NCBI GenBank assembly: GCA_945859975.1
Contig: CAMAPH010000001.1
Span: forward strand, 1 to 64,000
DNA from: Chthonomonas calidirosea
GTDB taxonomy: Bacteria; Armatimonadota; Fimbriimonadia; Fimbriimonadales; Fimbriimonadaceae
Direction of reading: 5' to 3'
DNA length: 64,000 nucleotides
Part shown: positions 51,326-61,404 of the stretch, in pieces
Layout of the letters: each line of letters opens with the position of its first letter
Position numbering within the stretch: position 1 is the stretch's first letter
Notes under the pieces: model-generated
What the model saw: the letters and a program-made list of their open reading frames with translations, nothing else
Databases searched by the model: none
Told to the model about the DNA's origin: nothing
Translations under genes and position numbers: made by a program

Positions 51326-52090
51326 ATGAAAAATCGAGCGTTTACTCTCATCGAGCTTCTCGTCGTCATCGCCATCATCGCGATTCTCGCCGCCATCCTC
51401 TTCCCAGTCTTCGCCCAAGCCAAGGCCGCCGCCAAAAAGACCCAGTCGCTGAGCAACCTCAAGCAGATCGGGCTCGCCTGGCTGCTTTACGGCAACGACT
51501 ACGACGACACCATGATGCGCGTCGCTACCGGCTCCGCCGCTTCAGGCAAGGTGTTTTACTGGTGGGGCAGCTTCGACGGAGCTACCCTTAGAGAAAACGA
51601 GGGGCTGCTCTTTCCGTACACCAAGAACAAAGGAATTCAAACCGACCCGGCATTCCCGGAAACTCTGCGGACCACCGTAGGGCTGACCGGATATGGCTAC
51701 AACTACAACTATCTCAGCCCGACAGATTACGTTCCGCCGACCTACAACGAGGTGGCAAAGCCCGTGAACTATGGCGCGGTGGGATCGGTTGCCGACACCG
51801 TTGCTTTTGGTACATCTGCGCGGATGAGCTTTGGCCTGCCGCATCAGCTTGAGGGCAATACATACCTGGAGCCCCCGTCCAGCGAGTACCCAACCTTCCA
51901 CGGGCGGCATTTGAGCACCGGGTTAGTGGCATGGGCCGATGGGCACGCAACAGCATTCCGCCCGAAGCTACGACGCGGAACGTTCGGTTATGGTGGAGCC
52001 TACAACGAGTCCGAGTTCAACCCGGTCCAGCTCGGTGAGCTAGACCGAGACGGAGACTTTTCGACCGACGAACTGTTCGATCTCGAATAG
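51326..52090 (+). CDS. Prepilin-type N-terminal cleavage/methylation protein (DUF1559 / H-X9-DG)
   Basis: [58 protein letters not shown]. Confidence 0.93.
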   Translation: MKNRAFTLIELLVVIAIIAILAAILFPVFAQAKAAAKKTQSLSNLKQIGLAWLLYGNDYDDTMMRVATGSAASGKVFYWWGSFDGATLRENEGLLFPYTKNKGIQTDPAFPETLRTTVGLTGYGYNYNYLSPTDYVPPTYNEVAKPVNYGAVGSVADTVAFGTSARMSFGLPHQLEGNTYLEPPSSEYPTFHGRHLSTGLVAWADGHATAFRPKLRRGTFGYGGAYNESEFNPVQLGELDRDGDFSTDELFDLE

Positions 52091-52092
52091 GA

Positions 52093-52515
52093 TCAGCGTC
52101 GCTCGACCGTGTCGATTCCGAGCTCCCAGAACCACACGGTCGAGTTTGCCGGCACTACCTTTTGGTAGGTTTCGTTCGTGCCCTTGCGGGTGACGCGAAT
52201 GCTGCAAACTCGATCGTTCGGAGAAGTGTTCACCACGTACGCCCGGTAAAGCGTGAATGAGGGCTGGACATCGAATCGAAGCTCTTGGATGCTCGGGTTG
52301 GAGCACCACTCAGGTTGGGAAGACAAAGTGCATTCCTGACCGGCACCTGGAACGCGATTGCTACGCGTGACGACGATTTGCGTGTTTGCCGAATCCGTGG
52401 TCGCGAAGTTGAGGGTCGTAGGGACGGCCTGAACAAACGAAGTGCCACCGCACCCAGATAGGGCCGAGACGGCAATAACTACTGACGTGAGCCAAAGAGG
52501 GTGAATGTTCTTCAT
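52093..52515 (-). CDS. Hypothetical lipoprotein
   Basis: Lipobox LSGC; beta-rich, three further Cys. Confidence 0.75.
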   Translation of the reverse strand: MKNIHPLWLTSVVIAVSALSGCGGTSFVQAVPTTLNFATTDSANTQIVVTRSNRVPGAGQECTLSSQPEWCSNPSIQELRFDVQPSFTLYRAYVVNTSPNDRVCSIRVTRKGTNETYQKVVPANSTVWFWELGIDTVERR

Positions 52516-52619
52516 GTTTTCTCGATTGCGAATGGTACCAATGCGGATTATCTCCCATAGGACGTTGGCACCAGCTTTGCGCTACGTTCAAACCGTCCCC
52601 GAGGGTTCACAATCATTGA

Positions 52620-53951
52620 ATGTCCTCCGTTTTCCCTGGCCCGATCTCGCAACGCATGCTCACCGAGCTTTCCGAGTTTGTGATCGCCGAGCCATATCCC
52701 TTCGTCCTTGACATTTCGAAGGGGGACGGGATGTACTTGGAAACGGTGGACGGGCAGCGCCTGTTCGACTGGGCCGGATATTACGGCAGCAAGCTCATTG
52801 GCCACAACCACCCCGGCTTGTACGAGCCGGAGTACACCAAACGTCTTGTGGTGGCCGCCAACAATAAAGTCGCCAACCCAGACTTTCTAACGAAAGAATG
52901 CCTGGACTACTACCAGCTCCTCTACCGAATCGCGCCGGAGATCATGAAGAGCGACACGCTCGAAGTCTACGCGGTGAACTCCGGCGCAGAAGCGGTCGAA
53001 AACATGATGAAATATCTGGTTGCCAAGTTCAACCAGAAGCGAGCAAAGAAAGGTGGGCCGAGCGGACATCGCCGATTCCTCTACTTCGATAAAGCCTTTC
53101 ATGGCCGAACGGTTTTTGCTCTTGGTGTGACTCAAACCATTGACCCGGTTGCAACGAAAGACTTCCTTGGACTTACAACCACTGGCAACATTAAGTTGCC
53201 GTTCCCTTCGTACAGCAGCGATTTATCAGAAGAAGAGAACCTTCGCGCCGCCGAACATTCGCTTCAGCAAGTTGAAAGCGCACTATCGCTCATGAGCGAT
53301 GAAATCGTTGGAATCATCGTTGAGCCAATTCAAGGTGCGGGAGGTCACCGAGTAGCAATCCCTCAGTTCTTCCAGGGCCTCTCCGAACTCGCCCACAAGT
53401 ACGACGTGTACCTAGGCTTCGACGAGGTCCAAACTGGGCTTGGGGCAACCGGAAAGATGTGGGCGATAGATCACTTTGATCTTCCATACCCTCCCATGGC
53501 CATCGCGACCGGAAAGAAGTTCGGCAACGGCGTGGTTTATATGGTTGAACCACTCGAAGATGTCGGCGTTCTGGATTCAACCTGGGGAGGCTCCTTGGCT
53601 GATATGGTGCGTGTTGTTCGTGAATTCGAGATCCTTGAACAGGAAGACTTGATTTCTAAAGCGGCAATCAAAGGCGAGCTACTTGCCAAGGGATTAAGAG
53701 AACTTGTAAGCAAATACTTCCCAATGGTTCGGAACGTTCGTGGACTTGGCTTATATCAAGGGATATCTTTAGATTCAACGTCCCGAAAAGCGCGACTAAT
53801 CGACGTTGCACTGACCGAATATCAGACAATTTTACTAGGTGCAGGCTCAAGATCGATCCGTACCCGGCCAAATATGTCGGTCACGGAAGATGAAATTGCG
53901 CACTTCATCACAATTCTTGGCCAATCCATCGCAACGGTTCAGGACAACTAA
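52620..53951 (+). CDS. Class III PLP aminotransferase (L-lysine 6-transaminase-like)
   Basis: NSGAEAVEN, FHGRT, EPIQGAGG, FDEVQTG, STWGG. Confidence 0.88.
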   Translation: MSSVFPGPISQRMLTELSEFVIAEPYPFVLDISKGDGMYLETVDGQRLFDWAGYYGSKLIGHNHPGLYEPEYTKRLVVAANNKVANPDFLTKECLDYYQLLYRIAPEIMKSDTLEVYAVNSGAEAVENMMKYLVAKFNQKRAKKGGPSGHRRFLYFDKAFHGRTVFALGVTQTIDPVATKDFLGLTTTGNIKLPFPSYSSDLSEEENLRAAEHSLQQVESALSLMSDEIVGIIVEPIQGAGGHRVAIPQFFQGLSELAHKYDVYLGFDEVQTGLGATGKMWAIDHFDLPYPPMAIATGKKFGNGVVYMVEPLEDVGVLDSTWGGSLADMVRVVREFEILEQEDLISKAAIKGELLAKGLRELVSKYFPMVRNVRGLGLYQGISLDSTSRKARLIDVALTEYQTILLGAGSRSIRTRPNMSVTEDEIAHFITILGQSIATVQDN

Positions 53952-54020
53952 CCTGCAAAAAATACCGTGTTTTGATACAGTCACAGAACCTTGGGCATTT
54001 TCTGACGATTATGCCAATGT

Positions 54021-55418
54021 ATGGTTAGAGAGCTTCTCGCCGCAGCAGTTTGCTGTACACCACTTTTTGCTTTTGCGCAACCGTCTGTTGTATTCCAAGT
54101 TGATGCGGAGGTTAGGGCCAACGCAGTAACGAGGACGTTACCGGTTACGACCAGTGATGCGGTTTCTTGGAGCCAGAGGGCGCAAGCATCCGTTTCGTAT
54201 AATTCAGGTAACGCTTACCTGGACCACGCAGTTCAGATCCTGAGTGCGGACGGCACGCTCTCGATCAAGCGATCCGCCCAAAACGTTTACAATCACGAGC
54301 TTCTTGCTCCGAACGTATCCAATACGACCAGCGATGTAGTCCGGGTTAAGGCCTTTGTGCGCGGCGCACCAGGAACGCCTTACTCGTTCTTCATCTCGAC
54401 AAACTCGTTTGCAACTCCCTCTACTTCCGCTGGTACCAGCACCGCTTCTACCACGGAATCGGCAACCGGAGCTTCCTCGTTCTCCTTCAATGCTGGTCGG
54501 AATTCGAGCTACGCACAAGGCGTGTCGACCTCCGAGACAATCACTCACATGGGTGAAACGTACTCGGCCGTTGATCTTTCTTGCAGCAGTGCCAGCAACA
54601 CCGCCTACAACTTCTCCAGCATCAATACGGTTTCCCCGTTCTATGCCAACAGTCGAGTGAGCGGAACCACTACGATCAAGCTGAAGAACTTGGCGTTCGA
54701 CGACATCATCCTCAACCTGGCGAGAGTTCAAGACACGAACAACCCTGATCGACCCAGCGTCGTCGTTGTGCCCGACATCAACTTGGATGAAATCCAGTAC
54801 ACGATCAACGGCATCACGTACACCCAACCTGGACCGTTCGCCGCGAACGTCGGACAAAAGGTCTTGATGCCAAACCTCAACGGCATCGCTCCTGGCGCTT
54901 ACACCGTTCAGTTCACCGGAACTCAAGGCGCTTTGACAACTGAAATCGCCTCCACGACGCTCGATACATCGGCCTTCAGCCAAACTCTGAATGCCACGCT
55001 TCAGCCTGTTTCTGGCTCTGCCGGGCCAGGGCAGCAAGGCGGAGGCGTTAACTCCTTCGCGGTGACGATCAGCGGATTCCGCCGAGCCTGGGGCCTACCG
55101 GGCACCATGGTCGATCGAAAGATCACCTCCTACTCTGCAGCCCTAAGTTCCAACTTCTTCGTTGGGCCAACTTTCTCGAGTAACTTGCAAGGAATCATCT
55201 CCGGTGCGACGTTTGGGGCACCAGCCACCTTTAATGCCGCAGGAACCGGCGGGAACAGTGGCGGACTGCTGACGATGACCTATGGCAGCCTGTACACCGT
55301 ATACGCAAAGTCTGGCAACGCAATTGAGTTCCGGTTGAGCGGAACCCGTAATGGCACCCCCTGGCTCTGGAATCCAGGCTCTACCTCGTACGGATCTGTA
55401 TCCGCTAACATCAACTAA
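54021..55418 (+). CDS. Exported Ser/Thr-rich beta-strand protein of unknown function
   Basis: Signal peptide ending AFA; few charged residues; no recognised motif. Confidence 0.75.
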   Translation: MVRELLAAAVCCTPLFAFAQPSVVFQVDAEVRANAVTRTLPVTTSDAVSWSQRAQASVSYNSGNAYLDHAVQILSADGTLSIKRSAQNVYNHELLAPNVSNTTSDVVRVKAFVRGAPGTPYSFFISTNSFATPSTSAGTSTASTTESATGASSFSFNAGRNSSYAQGVSTSETITHMGETYSAVDLSCSSASNTAYNFSSINTVSPFYANSRVSGTTTIKLKNLAFDDIILNLARVQDTNNPDRPSVVVVPDINLDEIQYTINGITYTQPGPFAANVGQKVLMPNLNGIAPGAYTVQFTGTQGALTTEIASTTLDTSAFSQTLNATLQPVSGSAGPGQQGGGVNSFAVTISGFRRAWGLPGTMVDRKITSYSAALSSNFFVGPTFSSNLQGIISGATFGAPATFNAAGTGGNSGGLLTMTYGSLYTVYAKSGNAIEFRLSGTRNGTPWLWNPGSTSYGSVSANIN

Positions 55419-55426
55419 TCCACTCA

Positions 55427-55465
55427 CCTCCTTCGTTGCCTATGCAACGAAGGAGGATTTTCTTT
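55427..55465 (+). terminator. Intrinsic terminator
   Basis: 13-bp perfect stem CCTCCTTCGTTGC/GCAACGAAGGAGG then ATTTTCTTT. Confidence 0.8.
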
Positions 55466-55497
55466 GCGGCAGCCTCCAACTGGGTACCGTACTTGCC

Positions 55498-56604
55498 ATG
55501 AGCCCATTGAAGATTGGAATCGTCGGGTGCGGGAACATCAGCGGCATTTACTTCGAGAACCTTGGAAAGTACACCGCGACTTCGATTGTTGCAGTGGCAG
55601 ATTTGGACCTCGAGCGAGCCAAGCAAGCGGCAGAAAAGAACGGCATTCCGCTTGCCCTGAGCCCCGACGAGCTGATTGCCCATCCAGACGTGGACTTGGT
55701 GCTGAACCTCACGATTCCAAAGGCGCACGCCTCCGTTGCCCAAGCCGCCGTCGAAAACGGCAAGCATGTCTACAACGAAAAGCCGCTGACGGTAGACCTT
55801 GCTGAAGCGCAGCAGCTTCTTCAAACTGCCAAAGAAAAGGGCGTGCGAGTTGGCGGAGCTCCCGACACGTTCCTTGGCGGCGGACATCAAACCGCACGAG
55901 CCGCCATTGATCGCGGCGACATCGGCGAGCCGATTGGCTCCCACGCCTTCATGCTTTGCCATGGTCACGAGTCTTGGCACCCGTCGCCGGAGTTCTATTA
56001 CGAGCGCGGCGGTGGACCAATGCTAGACATGGGCCCGTACTATCTCACCGCTCTCGCCAACATGATCGGCTCGGTCAAGCGGGTCACCGGTTCAACGCGA
56101 ATCACGTTCCCCACCCGCACAATCACCAGCCAGCCAAAGCACGGCAAGGTCATCGAAGTCGAAACCCCGACCCATATCGCCGGAATCATGGACTTCCAAA
56201 ACGGCGCTGTCGGCGAAATCACCACCAGCTTTGATGTTTGGTACAGCAAGGTTCCTAGCATCATCGTTTACGGCACGGAGGGCTCACTCTTGGTTCCAGA
56301 CCCGAACGGTTTTGGTGGAGAGGTTCAGATTCGCCAGCGCGGCCAAGCCGAGTGGGAAGTTGTGCCTAACCTACATGGGTTCAACGGCAACTCTCGCGGA
56401 GTTGGCGTTCTTGATATGGCTATCGCGATCCGTGATGGTCGCCCTCACCGAGCCAGCGGCGAACTTGCCGGGCACGTGCTTGAGGTGATGCATGCCTTTG
56501 AACAAAGCAGCACGACATCTCAGCACATTTCTTTGAGTTCTGAGCTGGTTCGACCGGCGGCGCTTGGCGAAACCGAGCTTCACGAATTCCTTCCCGTTGG
56601 ATGA
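55498..56604 (+). CDS. Gfo/Idh/MocA family oxidoreductase
   Basis: IGIVGCGNIS, NEKP, GGGPMLDMGPYY; start re-called at MSPLKIG. Confidence 0.93.
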   Translation: MSPLKIGIVGCGNISGIYFENLGKYTATSIVAVADLDLERAKQAAEKNGIPLALSPDELIAHPDVDLVLNLTIPKAHASVAQAAVENGKHVYNEKPLTVDLAEAQQLLQTAKEKGVRVGGAPDTFLGGGHQTARAAIDRGDIGEPIGSHAFMLCHGHESWHPSPEFYYERGGGPMLDMGPYYLTALANMIGSVKRVTGSTRITFPTRTITSQPKHGKVIEVETPTHIAGIMDFQNGAVGEITTSFDVWYSKVPSIIVYGTEGSLLVPDPNGFGGEVQIRQRGQAEWEVVPNLHGFNGNSRGVGVLDMAIAIRDGRPHRASGELAGHVLEVMHAFEQSSTTSQHISLSSELVRPAALGETELHEFLPVG

Positions 56605-56622
56605 ATGTAAACTGCCACTACT

Positions 56623-57747
56623 TTGGCTAGCGCATACACCCCGGGACTAACCGTAAGCGGTGACATCTTTGTACGTCGCCTTCGACGCCTTCCGATCAAA
56701 GGCGACGTACTCGTGAAAGTTGGTGACCACGTGGAACCCGATTCCGTGGTCGCCGTGGCCATGCTTCCGGGCGTGCTGCAAACCATGAAGATGGCCGACA
56801 AACTCGGCATCGAAGCCCGCGACGTCCCGTCCGTCTTCCCGCTGAAGCCCGGTGCGAAGGTCGCGAAAGGCGATGTCATCGCCGAAACCAAAGGCATGAT
56901 GGGCTTCTTCAAGACTAAGGTGGAAGCCGACTTTACCGGCACGATCGAATCCGTCTCCGAAGTCACCGGAAACGTGCTCATTCGAGAGCCATCGATCCCG
57001 GTCGAAATCAATGCATACATCAAGGGGCGGATCGTTGATGTGCTCCCAGATGAAGGCGCGATTGTCGAGACCCGAGCCGCCATGGTCCAGGGCATCTTCG
57101 GTGTTGGCGGCGAGCGCGTTGGAACCATCCGCGTTGCGGCGAACTCTCCTGAAAGCGTTCTAGAGGCCGATCACATCCACGAAAGCGACCGAGGCAAGAT
57201 TCTCATCGGCGGCGCGGGAATGGCGCTGAGCGCAATCAAGAAAGCCGCCAGCGTTGGTGTTATCGCCCTCGTTGCCGGCGGATTGCGAGACGAGGATCTG
57301 ATCAATTTCCTTGGCTACGACATCGGCGTAGCGATTACCGGCTCGGAAAACATTCCGCTCACCCTCGTCGTCACCGAAGGATTTGGCTACCTCAACATGG
57401 CGCAGCGCACCTTCGACCTCTTCCGATCTTTGGAAGGAAAGGAAGCCAGTGTCAATGGCGCCACTCAGATTCGTGCCGGCGTTATTCGACCGGAGGTCAT
57501 TGTCCCACTCCCGCTAGATCAGGCGGAGTCGGTCCGCGCCGCGGATGTCTTCGAACTGACGGTCGGAACCCCGATTCGAATGATCCGCGAACCGTACTTT
57601 GGCGAACTGGGAACGGTTACCGGACTTCCGGCGACTCTTCAGGTCCTCGAGTCAGGCACCGAAGTCCGTGTTCTCACCGCGAAGCTGCCTTCTGGCGAAG
57701 AAGTCACCGTTCCGCGAGCGAACGTCGAAATCATCGCCAGCAACTAA
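56623..57747 (+). CDS. Conserved hypothetical protein with barrel-sandwich-hybrid motifs and a KOW-like C-terminus
   Basis: GDVLVKVGDHV, KPGAKVAKGDVIA, VGTPIRMIREPYFGELGTV; TTG start. Confidence 0.8.
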   Translation: MASAYTPGLTVSGDIFVRRLRRLPIKGDVLVKVGDHVEPDSVVAVAMLPGVLQTMKMADKLGIEARDVPSVFPLKPGAKVAKGDVIAETKGMMGFFKTKVEADFTGTIESVSEVTGNVLIREPSIPVEINAYIKGRIVDVLPDEGAIVETRAAMVQGIFGVGGERVGTIRVAANSPESVLEADHIHESDRGKILIGGAGMALSAIKKAASVGVIALVAGGLRDEDLINFLGYDIGVAITGSENIPLTLVVTEGFGYLNMAQRTFDLFRSLEGKEASVNGATQIRAGVIRPEVIVPLPLDQAESVRAADVFELTVGTPIRMIREPYFGELGTVTGLPATLQVLESGTEVRVLTAKLPSGEEVTVPRANVEIIASN

Positions 57748-57749
57748 GG

Positions 57750-59924
57750 CTAGTTTCGGAGCGCCGTCTTGTGCTCTATCATGTGGCGCAATCTGACTTG
57801 GCTCAGGTTGCGCTGACATAGATCGAGGAACTCGGACCGCTCCATCCGTAATGCGTTTTCGTACGAGTTCGTTTTTGCAAAAATCGCCTTCAGCCGATCC
57901 CCGATGACCTCGTCATATTCGGTCAGGTCACCCTTCGCCATTTTCTCTTTCTGCAGTCGGTCAATCATTCCGACCGTCGGGCCAACGACGTCCTTCCATT
58001 CGGGTCGCTGCGAAACCGTAACCTCGAGCGCCACTTGTTTCGCCTGCCACAGCAACCGATCTGGGTGGTAGCACGTCACGTCATCTGGGCCAAGGTAACC
58101 GAATGACCGGGCCTGATCCGCGTTGATGCTCGTCTTCCCTTCCGTTAAGGTTAAGCAAGCATCGGCGAGAGTTGCCGAGGTGGCTTGATGTCTCAGCCGC
58201 ATGAGAGTAACGCCACGTCCGCCTGGCAACAGCCCGACTTTCGATTCGGGTAGCCCGATCTGCGCATCCGCCGCCGCGACAATTCGACTGCAGGATCGAG
58301 CGAGTTCAAAGCCCGCGCCAAGACCATAGCCATGAATCGCCGCTACCGTTCGCCGCGCTTCAAGAAGCTCACCGAGGGTCTGCAAATCCTGCAGCGCGAC
58401 ATCGATGCTCGCCCAGTCTTCTTTCTGAATCGCGTCGTGGAAAAAGTTGAGATCAAAACCGACGCTGTACGCCTTTCCGGGCGTGGTGAGCACAAGCGGA
58501 GCGTCCGATTGGCTCGTGAGCCATCGCGACAGGCCCTCCACCAGGGCGGGGGTGATCAGCCCAAGCTTGGTTTTCAGGACAACCGCTCGAACGCCATCTC
58601 CCAAGTCTTGAACTCGGAAGGTCTCAAGCTCTTCGAGAACCGGCAAATCGGCGAGAGTCACGTATTCTGGTTGCGCAGCCGGTTCGACATATTCCCCGGT
58701 GAAGCTCCGAATCTTGCCTTCGGAATAGAACCTGACCGGCTCGACGCCAACCTGCTCTGCCCCGATGGCGTCGATCATCTCGAACGGCCCCATCTCCCAG
58801 CCAAAGCCCCACTTCATCACTTGGTCGAAGTCTTGCACTCCGTACGAGACCTCTTCTTTCACCACGTTGGCGTATCGCAGAATCGGTAGCAGGTACATCC
58901 GCAGGTACTCGCCGACTTCATCTTTCGCGGCGAGTCCAGATCGAAGTCGTTCGGCAAGAGGCAGTTTGCCGAACTCCGAGATGGATGGCAGTTCGGGCTC
59001 CATCCGCTCGCGATAGGTGTTCGTCACGAGATCGAATGAAAGCAGTTGCTTTCCGTCGCGTCGATAGTAACCCTGTCCGGACTTTTCGCCCAGGAATCCA
59101 CGAGCCATCAGTGAGTTGATCGATTCCGGTCGGTGCAAAACGCCTACGTGCGCATCGTTAACGCATCGCTGAATCAAGTTGCTCGCGATGTCCTCCATCA
59201 CGTCCAGCCCGACGAGGTCATTCAAACGGAACGTCCCGCTCTTGGGCCGGCCAATGAATGGTCCGGTAATGGCATCGACCTGCTCAACGGTCAGCCGAAG
59301 CTTTTCTGCGACATGGGTCGCAAGATACATGCACCACATTCCGTAGCGATTGGCAATAAAGCCAGGGGTGTCTTTGGCTGGCACAACCCTTCGCCCGACG
59401 GAATCTTCTAGGAACGCGGTCAAAGTCTGAACAACCGCAGGATCGGTCTCGGCGGTCGGAATCAGTTCAAGGAGCTTGAGATATCGTGGCGGATTAAAAA
59501 AATGTGTTCCAACAAATCGACGCCGAAAAGAGTCGGATCGGCCTTCGGCGAGGTGGGCGATCTCAAGGCCGCTTGTGTTCGTGGAAATGAATGCATCGTC
59601 CCGCAGATAGGGCTCGATCGATGCGTACAACTCCCGCTTGATCTCAAGCTTTTCGGCCACCGCCTCGACCACCCAATCCGCTTCAAGGATCCAGTTCGAG
59701 TTAAGGTCAACGCCGCCCAATCGAACCTGATTCGCTCGTTCGGGCAAGAAAAAGTGGGGAGGCTTCGCCATCTTGGCACGATCAAAGCCGACAACGGCGC
59801 GCTCCATGGTTTGGTCGAGCAAAGTGACCTTCAATCCCAGGTTGACCAAGTGGGCTGCAATCCCGCTTCCCATGGTTCCCGCACCAATGACGCACACGTT
59901 TCGGATGGAGTTGGGTTGGCTCAT
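57750..59924 (-). CDS. 3-hydroxyacyl-CoA dehydrogenase / enoyl-CoA hydratase fusion (FadN-like)
   Basis: GAGTMGSGIA, STNTSG, HFFNPPRY, DTPGFIANR; C-terminal crotonase domain. Confidence 0.93.
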   Translation of the reverse strand: MSQPNSIRNVCVIGAGTMGSGIAAHLVNLGLKVTLLDQTMERAVVGFDRAKMAKPPHFFLPERANQVRLGGVDLNSNWILEADWVVEAVAEKLEIKRELYASIEPYLRDDAFISTNTSGLEIAHLAEGRSDSFRRRFVGTHFFNPPRYLKLLELIPTAETDPAVVQTLTAFLEDSVGRRVVPAKDTPGFIANRYGMWCMYLATHVAEKLRLTVEQVDAITGPFIGRPKSGTFRLNDLVGLDVMEDIASNLIQRCVNDAHVGVLHRPESINSLMARGFLGEKSGQGYYRRDGKQLLSFDLVTNTYRERMEPELPSISEFGKLPLAERLRSGLAAKDEVGEYLRMYLLPILRYANVVKEEVSYGVQDFDQVMKWGFGWEMGPFEMIDAIGAEQVGVEPVRFYSEGKIRSFTGEYVEPAAQPEYVTLADLPVLEELETFRVQDLGDGVRAVVLKTKLGLITPALVEGLSRWLTSQSDAPLVLTTPGKAYSVGFDLNFFHDAIQKEDWASIDVALQDLQTLGELLEARRTVAAIHGYGLGAGFELARSCSRIVAAADAQIGLPESKVGLLPGGRGVTLMRLRHQATSATLADACLTLTEGKTSINADQARSFGYLGPDDVTCYHPDRLLWQAKQVALEVTVSQRPEWKDVVGPTVGMIDRLQKEKMAKGDLTEYDEVIGDRLKAIFAKTNSYENALRMERSEFLDLCQRNLSQVRLRHMIEHKTALRN

Positions 59925-60025
59925 GCTTCTCTCGATTGTCCTACGTAAGAAGGGCTTTTAGTTGACGAGCCCTCGGGGGCCAGATATACTCGATTCCTGC
60001 CGACAATTGGCACGAGGTTACGAAC

Positions 60026-60715
60026 ATCCAGAGATTTAGAAGAGACAATCGACCCGATCCGGGTCCTCCCGTCAACGAGCGTGTGCTCCGGTTCCGCGAA
60101 ATTCGTGTGGTTGATGCTGATAACAAGCAGCTTGGCATCATGCAAAGCCGAGCCGCGCTCACATTGGCCAGAGAACAAGGCCTCGACCTTGTGATGGTTT
60201 CCCCAAATGCTGATCCTCCCGTATGCCGAATCATCGACTACGGCAAGCATAAATACTTGGAATCGAAACTGGGAAATAACAAAAAGAAGCCCCAGCAAGA
60301 AGTAAAGGGTATAAAGATTAGTCCGCGTATTGCGGAAAACGATATCCAGACGAACGTCACTAAAGCAAGGAAGTTCATTGCTGAAGGCGACAAAGTCAAG
60401 GTGACGTGTATGTTCCGGGCCCGTGAGGTCACTCACCCTGAACTCGGGCGGCAAAAGTTGGACAGGTTCGCAGAACTTGTGGCAGATATCGCGATCGTCG
60501 AACGCGCTCCTCAAATGGAAGGACGAATGATGACCATGATTCTGCTCGCTAAGCCTTCCACCGGAGGACAGAAGAAGAAAGATGCCAAAGATCAAAACAA
60601 ACAAGACGGCGGCAAAGCGGTTCAAGATAACGGGAACCGGGAAGATCACCCGGCGGAAGACCCACAACAACCACCAGTTCCAACACAAGCGGAAGTCGGC
60701 GAGACGACGGCTTGA
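60026..60715 (+). CDS. infC: Translation initiation factor IF-3 (probable ATC start)
   Basis: VNER...[29 protein letters not shown]...FRARE; in-frame ATC at 60026 lies 8 nt after GAGG. Confidence 0.95.
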   Translation: MQRFRRDNRPDPGPPVNERVLRFREIRVVDADNKQLGIMQSRAALTLAREQGLDLVMVSPNADPPVCRIIDYGKHKYLESKLGNNKKKPQQEVKGIKISPRIAENDIQTNVTKARKFIAEGDKVKVTCMFRAREVTHPELGRQKLDRFAELVADIAIVERAPQMEGRMMTMILLAKPSTGGQKKKDAKDQNKQDGGKAVQDNGNREDHPAEDPQQPPVPTQAEVGETTA

Positions 60716-60875
60716 GTCGGAACCGGAAGTGTTCCAGGGCGAGCAGAAGCGCATGCGCAGACTGCTCGTTTTGGGTCTGACCAAGAAGTCAAACCGCATT
60801 GCGAAAGCCCCCGTCGACAAGGTTGCTCAGTCTAACGAAGCCCGAGCAACTCTCTTGTCGATGCTTTCAGCGTAA
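60582..60875 (+). CDS. rpmI: 50S ribosomal protein L35 with C-terminal extension
   Basis: [21 protein letters not shown]; position between infC and rplT. Confidence 0.95.
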   Translation: MPKIKTNKTAAKRFKITGTGKITRRKTHNNHQFQHKRKSARRRLESEPEVFQGEQKRMRRLLVLGLTKKSNRIAKAPVDKVAQSNEARATLLSMLSA

Positions 60876-60973
60876 TTGACCGAGGAAACTCGGTCCACGA
60901 TCTCTACCACTACCTCCCGGCCTTAGGCTGCAGGATGGGACCCGGTACGCAAACAAAGGAGAAACATTAATAT

Positions 60974-61336
60974 ATGGCACGTGTAAAACGCGGCCTTATG
61001 CGCCACAAACGGCACAAGAAGGTCATCGAAGCAGCATCCGGCTATTGGGGACGTAAGAAGAACGTCTTCAAGCGCGCTCACGAACAGGTGATGAAGGCGG
61101 GGCAATATGCCTTCCGCGACCGTCGCCGCCGTAAGCGAGATTTCCGACGACTCTGGATCGTTCGAATCACCGCCGCCTGCACCCACTGCGACATCAAATA
61201 CAGCGAATTCATCCACGGACTTACCGTTGGTGGCATTCAAGTCAACCGAAAGATGCTCAGTGAACTGGCGATTGCCGACATGGACGCTTTCAAAGCCGTC
61301 GTCGCCCAAGCCAAAGCCGCCCGCGCAAAGGCTTAA
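60974..61336 (+). CDS. rplT: 50S ribosomal protein L20
   Basis: MARVKRG, YAFRDRRRRKRDFRRLWIVRI, NRKMLSELA. Confidence 0.98.
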   Translation: MARVKRGLMRHKRHKKVIEAASGYWGRKKNVFKRAHEQVMKAGQYAFRDRRRRKRDFRRLWIVRITAACTHCDIKYSEFIHGLTVGGIQVNRKMLSELAIADMDAFKAVVAQAKAARAKA

Positions 61337-61345
61337 TTCAAACGT

Positions 61346-61384
61346 AAAATCGTCCTGCCGCTATCGCGGCAGGACGATTTTTTT
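61346..61384. terminator. Bidirectional intrinsic terminator
   Basis: AAAATCGTCCTGCCGC/GCGGCAGGACGATTTT stem with T7 run. Confidence 0.88.
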
Positions 61385-61404
61385 GTGCGTCAGGTTTTTT
61401 CCGT

